From Octopus vulgaris (taxonomy: Eukaryota), in contig OX597826.1 in assembly GCA_951406725.2 (NCBI GenBank), positions 81,406,001 through 81,470,000 of the forward strand: DNA of 64,000 bases. Direction: 5' to 3'. Position numbers and translations under genes: made by a program. Below the pieces are notes generated by a model. The model was not told the origin of the DNA. It searched no databases and saw nothing but the letters and a program-made list of their open reading frames with translations. This document shows positions 23,420-35,919 of the stretch, one piece after another (position 1 is the first letter of the stretch; every line of letters begins with the position of its first letter).

Positions 23420-25120
23420 TGTGAAAAGCACCCAGCACCAGAGTGGTTGGGATTAGGAAGGGCATTGTCATCGTTGTTTAACATCCACTTCCCATTCTGG
23501 CATGGGTTGGACTGTTTGACTGGGGACTGGCGAGCCAGAAGGCTACAATCCAATCTGGCAGTGTTTCTACAGCTGGATGCCCTTCCTAATGCCAACCGCT
23601 CCGAGCATGTAGTGGGTGCTTTTTATGTGCCACCGGCACAAGAGCTAGTCAGTTGACACTGGTATCGACCATGCTGGAAACTATACCAAAAGCAGACAAA
23701 TGGAAACTGGTGCAGCTCTCCAGCCATGCCATCTCCTGCTAAACTGTTCAACCCATGACAGCGTGGAAAACAGATGTTAAATGATGATGGTGATTGTTAT
23801 CCTCCCCACCTCTTTTTGGGGAGGAAAAAAATGAACTTTATTTCTTTGGCAGAATCAATTATTGTGCAATCCTTTTGCATTCATATTTTTCTACCAAATG
23901 TTTTGCTTATTTATTCAGATTTTCTATAATTGGTCTTGAATTATCTCAAAGCTTCCAGATTTCAATGCTGTGATTGTTTATTTTTCTGAATGACATTGTT
24001 GGACAGGTGCAAGCGGTCAGATCTGGCCAGTTTGAACATAAAACAGGCAGAATATTTGAACTGGCCGGAGGATTAAGGGGACATTCGTATTTGACAAACG
24101 CTAAAGCTAATCCATTCTACTCTAGGCACAAGGCGTGGAATTTTGGGGAAGTGGGGGTAAATCGATGACATCGATCCCAGTTATTTATTTCATGAAACCC
24201 CAGAAGGACGAAAGGCAAAGTTGACCTTGGTGGCATTTGAACACAGAACACAAAGATGGACAAAACGCCGCTAAGCTTTATGTCCAGCATGCAAATGATT
24301 CTGTCAGTTTGCTGCCTTATAAAAGCTGAAGATAATGGAAACGGATTTTCTTTTCCTTTTTATTGCTAATTTTTCAAAGCCAATAGAATGGTATTCACTT
24401 GATCAACCAAACTCTCTGATGTTGTTATACCTCACTGGTCACAATGTGCTTTGCATTGTTTTTTAGCTTTTGAATGATGCCAACCCAACTGGGTGGGGCG
24501 AACAGGTCAGCATTCTCCCTGGTCAGAAGGCTACTCTGTCGTAGAGTTACCCATTTACAGCCGAGTGGAGAAGCCCATTGTATGGCTCCCGTGCTAGTGG
24601 TACGTAAAATGCATCATTCAAGCATAGTCAATGCGGAGTGGTTGGCATTAGGAAGGGCATCCAGCTGTAGAAACAATGCCAGATCAAGATTGGAGCCTGG
24701 TTTTCCAGACCTCAGTCAAATCGTCCAACCCATGCCAGCATGGAAAGCAGACGTTAAATGACAACAATGATGATGATGATGATGAGGATGGTTGGTAAAA
24801 TCCCAAAAGCATTTGACAAAATGTTTTGAAGCTTTAGTTCTGGTTCTTCTTGTTCATCATCATCATCATCATCATCATTGTTTAATGTCCACTTTCCATG
24901 CTGCCATGGGTTGGATGGTTTGACTGGGGACTGTCAAGCCAGGAGGCTGCACCAGACTCCCAATCTAATCTGGCAAGGTTTCTACAGTTGGATGCCCTTC
25001 ATAATGCCAACCACTCCAAGAGTGTAGTAGGTGCTTTTTCATGTGCCACCAGCAGGGGAGCCAGTCAGGTGGCACTGGCATCAGCCACAACAACGATTTC
25101 ACTTGACTCAACAGGTCTTC
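23420..25120. mobile_element. Cluster of short RTE-PHD 3'-UTR copies in both orientations (23420-23790 nested; 24590-24790 +; 24855-25120 -)
   Basis: Shared motif ctacagctggatgcccttcctaatgccaaccactc with (GAT)n tails. Further copies at ~20820-20980, 41930-42120, 43920-44215, 48660-48900 and 54610-54745. Confidence 0.8.
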
Positions 25121-25320
25121 CCAATTCCTCTGCAATTAAAGTTACCTTTCATCCTTCCAAAGTTAATAAAATACCAGCCAAATGAGGGTAGGGCGTGGGG
25201 AGGTCATGTACTTGATTGTTCTTTTCCCACCAAATTTGTAACTTTGTACCTTTGTAAGAAATCAGTGTTAATTTTTCGAATTTCATTTAATTTTTGTTTT
25301 TTTTTCTTCTCTAATTTCAG

Positions 25321-25471
25321 TAATGCAATTAAAATCACAAAATATTTTCCTCATATAAATATGACAGAATATGCTGGTCAAGCAGTTGACCAGACAACTA
25401 TTGGAATACCCAGTGGCAAATTGAAAGATTTGGCTCTCGACAAATGTGTCTTACAAGAAGATTTGAACAAA
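25321..25471 (+). CDS. Candidate orphan internal coding exon (151 nt) of an unidentified gene
   Basis: Long polypyrimidine tract ending in tttcag at 25320; open frame NAIKITKYFPHINMTEYAGQAVDQTTIGIPSGKLKDLALDKCVLQEDLNK; donor GTAAGT at 25472; non-repetitive sequence. Confidence 0.45.
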
Positions 25472-25972
25472 GTAAGTCTGAAGTTTTAAATTTTGTTTGT
25501 TAGAAGAAAAAGGGGCGGCACTTATCAATTTTTTCTGGGTCTCCAATTCTGGTAGGAGAAAGGAACCCGTGGCTGCAACTGTGTAGTGGCAAAGCTAAAC
25601 CCTCACCCTCACAACTATACATGATCCTATAAGATGAAAATTATTTGTAATATTTATCTAAATAAAGCAGGGAGTTGGCAGAATCATTAGCACGCTGGGC
25701 AAAATGCTTGGCAGTGTTTCCTCTGTCTTTACATTCTGAGTTCAAATTCCACTGTGGTCAGTTTTGCTTTACTTCCTTTCGGGGTTGATAAAATAAGTAC
25801 TCGTTGAACTCTGGGGTCGATGTAATCGACTTGCACTCCCTGTCCCCAAATTGCTGGCCTTGAGGCAAAACTTGAAATCAATATTCAACCTAAATTATTA
25901 ATTATAATTTAAGGGTCTATTCTATTTTATTTGAAACTAGAGAGAGATTAAATATATGTGTGTATATATATA

Positions 25973-27887
25973 TCATCATCATCATCATCGTTTAACGTCT
26001 GCTTTCCATGCTAGCATGGGTTGGACGATTTTGACTGAGGTCTGGCGAACCAGATGGCTGCACCAAACTCCAGTCTGATCTGGCAGAGTTTCTACAGCTG
26101 GATGCCCTTCCTAATGCCAACCACTCCGAGAGTATAGTAGGTGCTTTTACGTGCCACCGGCACGAGGGACAGTCAGGCGGTACTGGCAACGCCCACGCTT
26201 AAATGGTGCTTTTTATGTGCCATCGGCATGGGACCAGCACTGGTATCAACTATGCTCAAATGGTTGATACCAGTGGCACTGGCAACAACCTCGCTCGAAT
26301 GTTTTTTCATGTGCCACCAGCACAGGTGCTAGTAAGGTGACAAAGGTAACGATCATGGTGCTTTTAACGTGCCATCGGCACAAAGGCCAGCTTGTTGCTC
26401 TGGCAACGATCTCACTCGTGTGGTACTCTTAGCGCTCCAGTACCAATGGATGCCAGTCACCGAGTTTGATTTCGATTTCACTTGCCTCAACTGGTCTTTG
26501 CAAGCAGAGTTTAGTGTCCAATAAAGGAAAGGCACGCATAAGTGGACTGGTTACACCCCTAGCATAGGCCACAAGGTTATGGTCACACTTGCGCTTGCCA
26601 AGTCTTCTCAAGCACAGCATATTTCCAGAGGTCCCAGTCACTAGTCATTGCCTCGGTGAGGCCCAATGTTTGAAGGTCATGCTTCACCACCTCTTCACTA
26701 CCTCTTCCACAGGTTCCCTCAACTGCTAGTGTGTGGCACTTTTTCACACAGCTATCCACATCCTTTCTCACCACATGACCATACCAGCGCAGTCGTCTCT
26801 CTTGCACACCACAACTGATGCTTCTTAGGTCCAATCCATTACACATCCATCGGAGCATGCTGGCTCATTCCTTGCAAGCTTACGCATGTCCTCAGCAGTC
26901 ACGGCCCATGTTTCACTGCCATGTAGCATGGCTGTTCGTACACATGCGTCATACAGTCTACCTTTTACTCTGAGCGAGAGGCCCTTTGTCTCCAGCAGAG
27001 GTAAGAACTCTCTGAACTTAGCCCAGGCTATTCTTATTCTAGCAGTTACACTTTCAGTGCACCCTCCCCTGCTACTGACTTGGTCACCTAGGTAGCGGAA
27101 GCTATCGACTACTTCTATTTTTTCTCCCTGGAATGTGGTAGAAGTTGGTCTCTGCACATTTCCAGTGTTTATTGCTCCTGAGCATCTGCCACATACAAAA
27201 ATTATCCTCACAGTTAGCCTTCCTTTGATATTGCTGCACCTCTTATGTGTCCATAGCTTACACTGGGTACATCTTATAGAGTTTCTACCTACGCCTTTTC
27301 TACAGATCGTGCAGGGCCATCTACCTGAAGGGATTTGTGGTTTGCCTGCCTTCCTACTTATTAGGACATTGGTTTTAGCTAGGTTGACTCTAAGGCCCTT
27401 CGATTCTAATCCTTGTTTCCATACTTGAAACTTCTCTAGTTCTGAGAGTGACTCAGCAATTAGAGCAAGGTCATCAGCATAGAGGAGCTCCCAAGGGCAT
27501 CCTGTCTTGAATTCCTCTGTTATTGCCTGGAGGACTATGATAAATAGGAGGGGGCTGAGGACTGCACCTTGGTGGACCCCTACCTCTACCCAGAATTCTT
27601 CACTGTACTCGTTGCCAACTCTCACCTTACTAGCAGCATCCCTGTACATGGCTTGCACGGCTCTCACTAACCATTCATCTATCCCTAGTTTCCTCACTGA
27701 CCACCAGATAAGGGATCAGGGGACCCTGTCGAAGGCTTTCTCCATGTCAACGAAAGCCAGGTACAGGGGCTTATCTTTGGCTAGGTATTTCTCCTGCAGC
27801 TGTCTTACCAGGAATATAGCATCAGTGGTGCTTTTCCCTGGCATGAAACCAAACTGCATCTCATCCAAACTGACTCTCTCCCTAATA
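25973..27887 (-). mobile_element. 5'-truncated, frameshifted RTE-PHD LINE
   Basis: GVHQG, YADD, GRWPCTICRK...CTQCKLWTHKRC...FVCGRC, FRYLG and LRWYGHV motifs; 3'UTR with tandem units; (GAT)n tail. Confidence 0.93.
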
Positions 27888-29539
27888 AGTATTTCTAGAG
27901 GGTTGGATGGTATTAGCTAAATTAATGTTAGTTTTAGTAAATGTATTAATATTTAACAGTTTGTTATTATGTGAAGAGATAATTTATAAGAGATTTCTTG
28001 TGTTGGAAAAACCGTATGTGAATTGATAATAGAGTAATACCTAGAATTCTTTTATATTTAACATAGGAAGGGGCTGCTGAGTGAACCTTGGTGGACACCT
28101 AATAGTATTTTTTTTTTATCTAATAAAGACTTTTATATTGACAAAATGTGTTTGTTGTTGATTACAGTAAGATAAAATCATGACAATTAGCAATAAATCT
28201 CACAATTGCAAAATAAGGGGTTTTTTGAAACTACATACACGTCAACAACAAAAAAAGCTAACTTTGGACCCGTAACATTTTAGGTCTTTTAAACACTGGG
28301 GTGGTTAATGTGTTGTCATGGTAACAAGCTACTGAGGCCACCTATCTGTTGATTGGGGCTAAAATTACCCAAATTTCCCAACTTTAATTCCGAACAACAT
28401 CAAATTCTAATAGATAAAGTAACTGGTTAATCATAATCAAAATTCAAAGTTGCATCGATAGACCAAAATTGAAAGCAATCTGAGCCAAATTAAAGGGGGC
28501 TGATTTTATGAGTGAAAAAGACTAGATCCTTGGTCGACTTACAACACTGTTCTTTGTCTTGAGTTTACTTGGTAAAATGTGTTTGTTAATTTGACGAGGT
28601 CAAGACGAGCTCTGATTGACTGCATGCAAATGAATTCATTACAGGGCTCTGGAACTCTCGTGGGGAAAAAAAAATCTCGCTGCCCATACTTGTCTTGGAT
28701 GCGATCTTTCTAAGAGCAAGCCCAAGATCATTCATGACTGAAGGGGGTCTTTACCCTACCCTTTAATGTTTATTACATATAATAAACATATTTAGGGTCA
28801 CTGTGCATTCAAACGGATGATGAATTCGTACTCTCATTATGAACGAAAAAAATATGCCCCGACCCCCTCTCGGTGTAGTTTAAGGAAGATTTGACTGCTA
28901 TTTCTAGTAGGTTTAGAGACCACGTAAAGGTTTCATCTTTCTTGTCTTTGTCGATTTCCATGACAACAGACAGGTTCCACCTAAAGTACGTTGGCAATAA
29001 ATGTCTTTGATTGGCCCACATTACAGAACTGTATATGTTTGTGACTTCTTTATTAAGTTCGAGAAGGAAAATATGAATACAATTTCCATCACCAGAATGC
29101 GAAGACTAGATTGATTTAAAAAAAAAAAATAATTTTATAAAAGTTTGGAAAACATCAACTGATTGGAGAAAATTTAACAAGTTCCCCAGAGGTAACAACT
29201 AAATTGCTCACACTAGAATATCTTGAACCTATGTCTGCTCAGCTGGACTGAGCTGGGGCTAGTGACTAACTGTTTCTAAGTTAAACGTAAGGGCAGCAAT
29301 CTGGGAGGAGAGATTTAGACACAAGTGCTGACTCTAGCACTTCACTGGTACTTTATTTCATAAGCTCCAGAGAGATGAGAGTCTACTGCACTGACACTGC
29401 CAGATCCAATGGAGCAAACAAATAACGGTAAATGAGAGTTCCAAAGAGATTACTATGCTATTGTCCGCTGTTCTGTAATTTCCTAAATGCAAGCCAACCC
29501 AATTGAAAGTGGCTGCAGTGGAGCAGTACATGTGAGGAG

Positions 29540-29965
29540 CACATCGGAAGCTGAGTCTCTCAAATGTCTTTATGGCTCATTAAAAGTAGTCGATAGTTTT
29601 TGTTACCTTGGAGATGTAACTAGCAAGAGAGGTGCTAGGGTAAGTACTAGTTGGGGAAAGTTCAGGGCTATTGCCACTATTAACTACAGAGATCTTTTTT
29701 ACTGATGGTGAATGGTTGGTCTTATGATGCTTGTGTTGGAAGTGCAATCCTGCATGGTAGTGAGGTATGGGCCTCGAATGTAGAGAATTTGGTAAGGCTG
29801 GAAAGAAACAAAGCAAGTCTGCACAAGTGGATGTGTTTCAAAGACTTAGTAGAAAGGTGCTGAGTGAAAAACTGGGTATAACAGGAATTAGATGTTGTGT
29901 TCAAGAAAGAAGGCTGCACTGGTATGGAAAGGTGATGTGTATTCATGAAGACAGCTGTATAAGTA
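29540..29965 (+). mobile_element. Old RTE LINE relic
   Basis: LKVVDSFCYLGD, YDACV, RCCVQERRLHWYG, with frameshifts. Confidence 0.75.
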
Positions 29966-30552
29966 CTGCTGACTTAATGTACTCCACCAACTTTGTCTTG
30001 ACTACATTACATCACCACTACAAAACCACCGTCATCACCATTTCATCTCCAATATCATCCTATTATTTACATCTCTTTCACTTCCTTGTAACATCAGATC
30101 ACATCTTGTATCAAACAGTGTCAATAAATTAAATGGCTTTAAAGTAAACAGTCGGTGAAAACCAGTTTAGAAAACGTGCAAACAAGACTTGCTTATTGAA
30201 AAATAAAAAGAGAATAATTTCAGAGTAAACCATTTTTATTTAGAGTTCAAATTAATATAAAAATCATAAGATGATGATGATGATAATGTGGTCCAACAAA
30301 TTCCAGCATTGACACTGGTCATAAAAAAAAAACATTGATGATGATAATTCAGAAAATTGTTCCACCAGTTTGTTTTTATAGCCACAATCCAGATAGATAG
30401 GTACATGACATACTTCTATCCTATTATAACATGATGAAATACTATATGTTATGGATTGTTTATTCCTTATTATTTGGTTTCATACATAGGTATGAATGCT
30501 TACAATTAAGGGATTTTTCAGTCTTTTACTCACCACAAAGAAATTCTTTCTC

Positions 30553-31572
30553 TCATGGCCGAATACAGAAATGAATAGCTACATCCTGTTGAGAGAATGA
30601 TTTACCACAGACATTGCACTGATAGGATTTTTCTCCTGTATAAATACATTTGTGCGTAGTTAATACCTTTCTGTTAGAGAATGATTTACTACAGATGTCA
30701 CAATGATAAGGCTTCTCGCCAGTATGAACACGTTTATGTACAGTTAAAGCAGTACTTTGAGAGAAAGATTTACCACAGACATGACAATGATACGGTTTTT
30801 CCCCAGTATGAATACGTGTATGTGCTTTTAAATCGCTACTCCGAATGAATGATTTGCCACAGATATCACAATATGGCTTTTCTCCAGTGTGAATACGTTT
30901 GTGATAACGCAAAGAATAGTTTCGAAGGAATGATTTACCGCAGATATCACAACTATATCGGCTTTCTCCAATATGAATACGTTTGTGTACAGTCAAGGCA
31001 TTATTGCCAGGGAATAATTTACGACAGATATTACATTTATAAGGTTTCTCTCCTGTATGAATGTATCTGTGTGTAGTTAACTCATCATTTCGAGAGAAAG
31101 ATTTGTCACAGATATCACATTGATAAGGCTTTTCTCCTGTATGAATTCGTATGTGTTTAATTAACTGATTATTTTGATTGAATGATTTACCGCAGATATC
31201 ACAATGGTATGGTTTTTCTCCTGTATGAATGCGTTTGTGATCAGTTAAGTTGGTACTTTTAGCAAATGATTTACTACACATATCACACTGATATGGTTTC
31301 TCTCCTGTGTGAATACGTTTGTGTGTACTTAAAATATCATTACGAGTGAATGAGTGACCACAGATATCACACTGATATGGTTTCTCTCCCGTATGAACCC
31401 GTACATGAACAGGTAATTCACCTTTTCTAGTAAACCTTTTACCACAGATATCACAGTGAAATGGTTTCTCTCCTGTATGAATACGGATATGAGCAGTTAA
31501 ATTACTTCTTGAAGCTAGTGACTTTTTACAGACATCACATTCATATGAAGACTTTGCTAAGCTTTTTGCCAT
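30553..31572 (-). CDS. ZNF-C: poly-C2H2 zinc-finger protein, 339 aa, 10 canonical plus 2 degenerate fingers
   Basis: Intact ORF with the same leader. Upstream homology to ZNF-A/B extends to ~32102, including the acceptor at 31975-31974. Confidence 0.95.
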   Translation of the reverse strand: MAKSLAKSSYECDVCKKSLASRSNLTAHIRIHTGEKPFHCDICGKRFTRKGELPVHVRVHTGEKPYQCDICGHSFTRNDILSTHKRIHTGEKPYQCDMCSKSFAKSTNLTDHKRIHTGEKPYHCDICGKSFNQNNQLIKHIRIHTGEKPYQCDICDKSFSRNDELTTHRYIHTGEKPYKCNICRKLFPGNNALTVHKRIHIGESRYSCDICGKSFLRNYSLRYHKRIHTGEKPYCDICGKSFIRSSDLKAHTRIHTGEKPYHCHVCGKSFSQSTALTVHKRVHTGEKPYHCDICSKSFSNRKVLTTHKCIYTGEKSYQCNVCGKSFSQQDVAIHFCIRP

Positions 31573-33762
31573 CTTTTTAGAACCAAAAAATAACAGTTGT
31601 TTATTTCATTGAATAATAATTCTTCCTTCTCTCATCACAATATATTATGTTTGTTGCTTTCCTTTCTATAATTTATTTCTAACAAACATTCCTTCTGCTA
31701 CAAGTCCATCATCTGGATGCAAAGTGCTTCATAAATCTATCTTCATATATTTTCAATGCAGAATTGTATTGTACTCATTCCAGGGAATGACACACACAAC
31801 TGTTGCTAATAATCTTACCCAGGGGAAATCTTTCAACCATAATTCATTAAATTTATACGAAAATGGTCATATTTGTTCAGTATAACATTTTTAGTCTTTA
31901 AAAGATGATAAATATTGTTGATGCTTCTGTTGTATGATAAACAAAAATGTTGATGCCAGTTCCAGCTTTGATTCTGAAATAAGAAGGAAAACAGTATAAG
32001 CTTTCAAGGATACATAAACAGCATCAATGTTATTGCTATACTTATAAATTGTACAAGTGAAACCTTGACTAGAACGAATGAACTCCTCCAGCGTATCTCT
32101 ATCAGTTTACAAATATAACAGAGCAGAGAAATAAATATATCTTAACAATACATCATATCCTAAAAAGATAAATGCCTGCTTGGCTTCGTGTTGCCTGATG
32201 GCTGGAAGCAAGAGTCACAGGATCATGCAACAAGTGTCGTTTGTTTCCAGTCTTCTGCGAACATGACCAGTGAAGGGACAGCTTTACCTTACTTGGAAAC
32301 AAGTGAAGGTTGCAGACAATAGAAAATCTGCCTCAATCCTTGGACATTAAGACGAGCAAAAAAAAAAAAGCACAAAGTTATTATATACTAGACAAGTTTA
32401 TAAGTCATCATGTTGATGTCAGCTTTTCCATGCTGTCCAAATCATTTGTCTCTAGGAGTTTCCTGATACAAACCCTTTCGTCTCTTATGGCATGCAGGAA
32501 TATACTGTGTACATCCAAGTTATATTATGGCACATATAATACTGTGCATATATATAAGATTATCTTTGACTTATGACTACTAGAAGCTAGGACTACCCGT
32601 AAGAAACCAATAAGAGGGAACTGTCCATGCTATCACATGCAATCTGCAGTTGTCTCATTCCACAATCTCAACAATTCTTCAGGACAAGGAACAACCTTTG
32701 GGTTCTGAAAGTGATTCAACAACCACGTGGACAGCAATGATATTATACTTTTCTTCAGTTACAAATATTCTCTTCTACTTTTTAAACAACTGAAATTATC
32801 AGTTTATAGATACTACTTTCAGAATTCCAACCATATTCTTCACACATCCACTTGTGGAAGTCTTGGATAAAATATCTTGCAAATAGCACTCTCTGACAAA
32901 ACCTGTTGCAGTGCAGCAGAATTTTTCCTCTCACTCAAACTTCACATTTTCTGGAGGATGCTTAATGGGGAAAATAGTCATAAAAAGTTCATCAGTTGAT
33001 GTCGAAAATTGAACTGATGTTGGTTTAATAAATTCTTGTTTCTCCCTTTTTTCTTTGCCTTTACCATGTCATACAAGCAAAAGTTTTTTTACAGAGAGGA
33101 AAAGTGTGCAAAGAAATGTCATTTTGGGATAAAAAAAATAAGCGATAAACATGTGGTAGGCATGGCAACGGCAACATAATTAAGTACCAGACTTTTAAGA
33201 ATAGGGATTGATTTGTTTGACTAAACCTTTAAAGGCGATGCCCCACCTTGGCCGCACTCTAATGTCTGGAACAAGTAAAAGATATACCATGTATAACTCT
33301 TGTAAAAGTCGAAATTTTAACGACCATTTTCTAAGGTCAAATTTATGGGACCGACTATTCCAAGGATAATACTTTTGAGGGGCTGAAATTCAAGCTAGAA
33401 TCCGAAGTACCATATCAGCAGCAGTAGCAGATCTCTAATCAAATAAAAAGAAAAACAATGAATTACAGTAATATGACGAATTCTGTGCATCAAAACACAC
33501 GTCCTAATTAAATAGCAAAACCCATAAACGAGGCCGCGTAGCTCTCATAAATATTTACCTTATCTCTTTTATTTATATATCCATCAAACTTAGCAGACTA
33601 GCTGAGTGAAATTAATTTATATCTTATAATTATGTTATATCTCCACCGGTAACATATCTACCTGGTACAAGCATGTCACTACCTACTGCAATACGGTGCA
33701 TACACTTGGTACCTCTACTGGGCGTGTTTCAAAAGAAATGGTGTGGAATTGTTAATTTGGAG

Positions 33763-33850
33763 CAGGGATTCCCAAAGTGTGTTCTGCAAAATCTCAGGGT
33801 TCCAAGTTTTTAAAAATAATGTCGAAGGATTCCACGACAAAACAAGTTTG
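33763..33850. mobile_element. hAT-type MITE fragment
   Basis: Begins cagggattcccaaa and ends aagtttg. Related to 41072-41290; its right end is replaced by the next element. Confidence 0.45.
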
Positions 33851-34060
33851 GGTACTACTGGAGTACAGTGGTCCCGGTGCGCGCACTCACACCAGCTAGT
33901 CATGACTAGTCGATCCTTTGTTTAAAAAATTATTTACTTTGTGTCGAAAGTAGCTAGTTGTAAGTAGTCGATCCTACAACGACTACCTAGCAAAGTAAAT
34001 AAAACACAAAATAAATAAGTTTTTACACAAAGTAAATAATTTTTGTTAAACAAAGTAAGG
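33851..34060. mobile_element. Truncated copy of the GGTAC-TIR MITE
   Basis: ggtactactggagtacagtggtcccggtgcgc...ctagtcatgactagtcgat...gcaaagtaaataaaacacaaa matches 38524-38759. Confidence 0.75.
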
Positions 34061-34137
34061 ATAAGGAAAAATTATAAATTTTGGGCCGCAAAATAGGGTC
34101 ATCGACTTTTACTCGAGTCTCTACGATCGATCGTGAA

Positions 34138-34195
34138 AGGTGCGACGAAGCGTGAGGTGCGACGAAGCGTGAGGTGCGACGTAGTGTGAGGTGCG
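34138..34195. repeat. 17-bp tandem repeat (x3.4) in ZNF-C intron 1
   Basis: Unit aggtgcgacgaagcgtg; a single diverged unit is present at ~4873-4897 and ~15547-15571. Confidence 0.9.
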
Positions 34196-34283
34196 CTTTT
34201 CAGTCCCCGTGGAGAAACGACTGGGAATCCGAAAATCCGCCTTGAAAATATTTTCTATCAATTTAAACACTATAAATACTTAC

Positions 34284-34390
34284 TTTTCTTTTTACTTTTA
34301 TATTTTCTTGGATAAATTCGATTAAGACGAGAGAAAGTTCCGCGCAGGAAATGATTAAGAGAGAAGCTGGGCGGAAGTAACAGATTCCGG
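34284..34390 (-). promoter_or_regulatory. Putative core promoter and non-coding exon 1 of ZNF-C (ETS-like motif 34370-34378; donor 34283-34278)
   Basis: The reverse complement aligns with 4261-4388 (tctgttacttccgcccag...aactttctctcgtct.aatcgaatttatccaagaaa...gaaaagtaagtatttatagtgtttaaat). Confidence 0.65.
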
Positions 34391-34630
34391 ATAAAACAAT
34401 TATTATCAAAAATATAATAACATGGATATTTATTCTTACACAGAGTTTCGTAGTTAATAACAATGGATTGATCAGCATTTGGTTGCTCAGTCTTGGTATT
34501 TCATCGACTAAACAACGACATATGAGCAGGGGAACCTCGACGTACTTGTACGATCTGCTGGAAATAACTGTCAAATTTCCCTCAAGTTATACCTGAATTC
34601 ATTAATGTATTCCACGCTATACGATGCCAT

Positions 34631-34899
34631 AATGCTGTGTATGTGTTTTGATCTCCATGTGTCTAACACACGTGGACATGCCCACAAAGTCAGAAAACAA
34701 CACAGCTCCCATGACTTTCGGAAACATTTCTTCACACTCAGAGTTGCTGAAGCATGGAATAAACTGCCTGCGTCAGTTGTTGACTGCCATGACACTGCAT
34801 CCTTTAAGGCCCTCATGCTTTCCGAAATCCGTCGAAACTACACCTGATTATATATACACTTTCGATGAGTTGTAGTGCACCTGAGCACTGTACACAATG

Positions 34900-34936
<37 letters not shown>
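34631..34936 (+). mobile_element. CR1-clade LINE 3' end with (TTA)n tail
   Basis: NTRGH..KVRKQ...RKHFFTLRVAEAWNKLP. Same family as 45652-46462. Confidence 0.85.
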
Positions 34937-34938
<2 letters not shown>

Positions 34939-35919
34939 ACGTACAAGTCATGAACTCATACGTTTAGCTGCACACAGTTGGCTCATGCACATACAAGTCA
35001 GAAATCAGTTCTTTCTTGGTATTTTTACACATAAATATATACACATCAGTATGTGTGTGTGTGTTTCTGCATGTACACATGCATGTGTAAAGGATCAAAG
35101 TGTAGGAAGTCAGTAAGCTTCAAACAGTCGGTAGTAATTGTGGTGGTGGTAGATGTGGTTATAGTAGTAGCAGCAGCATCTTACAGAACAGAAGCTAACA
35201 TTCTCCAGTTTCACTACTAAAATCTCATAATTCTACTTGTCATTGCATTTCTCAGCCTGTTGGTAACACTTTCAGGGAGAAAGAAAAGAGGGAGAGAAAA
35301 AAGGGAGAAAGAAAACCGTTCATGGTGTGAGGTAGAGGCAATGTAATTGTAATGCTTTCATATGATTAGTTGAAGGGAAAGAGAGGAGAGAGAAAAAGAG
35401 GACAAGGCAAAGAGTGAAACAGAAAGGGGGAGAAAGAAAAAGAGGGAGGGAGAAGCGTCCATGATGTGAGGTAGGGGAAACTTGATATTCATTACATGGT
35501 TAAAAGAGCGAGTTGAAGGCAAAGGAGGAGAGTTTAAAATATAATTTTAGCCGAGGGGTGATGTTCTGATGGCGATGTTAAAGAAAGGCACAGAGACAGG
35601 GAAAGAGAGAGAGGGGGATTGGAGAGAGAGTGGGAAATTAGAGAGAGGTGGTGATGGTGCTGGTGGCGGCAGCGGTAGCAGCAGAGATAGAGGTGAGGAA
35701 GGTGACTGGATCATGAAAAGTGTTCTTTGTTTTAATTGAACTAAGTAAGTGCAATTCTGTGAAATATTCATGTTTACTTACATGGCAGATATATGCAATT
35801 TAACTAAAGGTTGTATCATATGTAAGGGATTTTTTTATTTATGGGAAGCATCACACTGATAACCAACTGGCAGAAGATCTGCCTGGGATTAAACTAGAAG
35901 TAACATGGAATAGTCACTT

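Noticed and set aside
26130-26440. Repeat-spacer pattern resembling a CRISPR array
   Set aside because: Repeats are degenerate, spacers are related to each other and variable in length, the pattern lies in a LINE 3'UTR in eukaryotic DNA, and there are no cas genes.
27890-28065. AT-rich, G/T-skewed stretch resembling a mitochondrial insertion (NUMT)
   Set aside because: No frame gave a recognisable mitochondrial protein or tRNA by eye; a BLAST against cephalopod mtDNA would be needed.
32620-33070. Unique-looking sequence in ZNF-C intron 1 with partial open frames
   Set aside because: Stops in the candidate frame, no clear splice-site pair and no recognisable protein.
33287-34126. Possible Tc2/pogo-like TIR pair (actc..gtaaaagtcga / tcgacttttactcgag)
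   Set aside because: The match is short and degenerate, there is no clear TA TSD, and the interval is interrupted by other elements; not confident enough to annotate.
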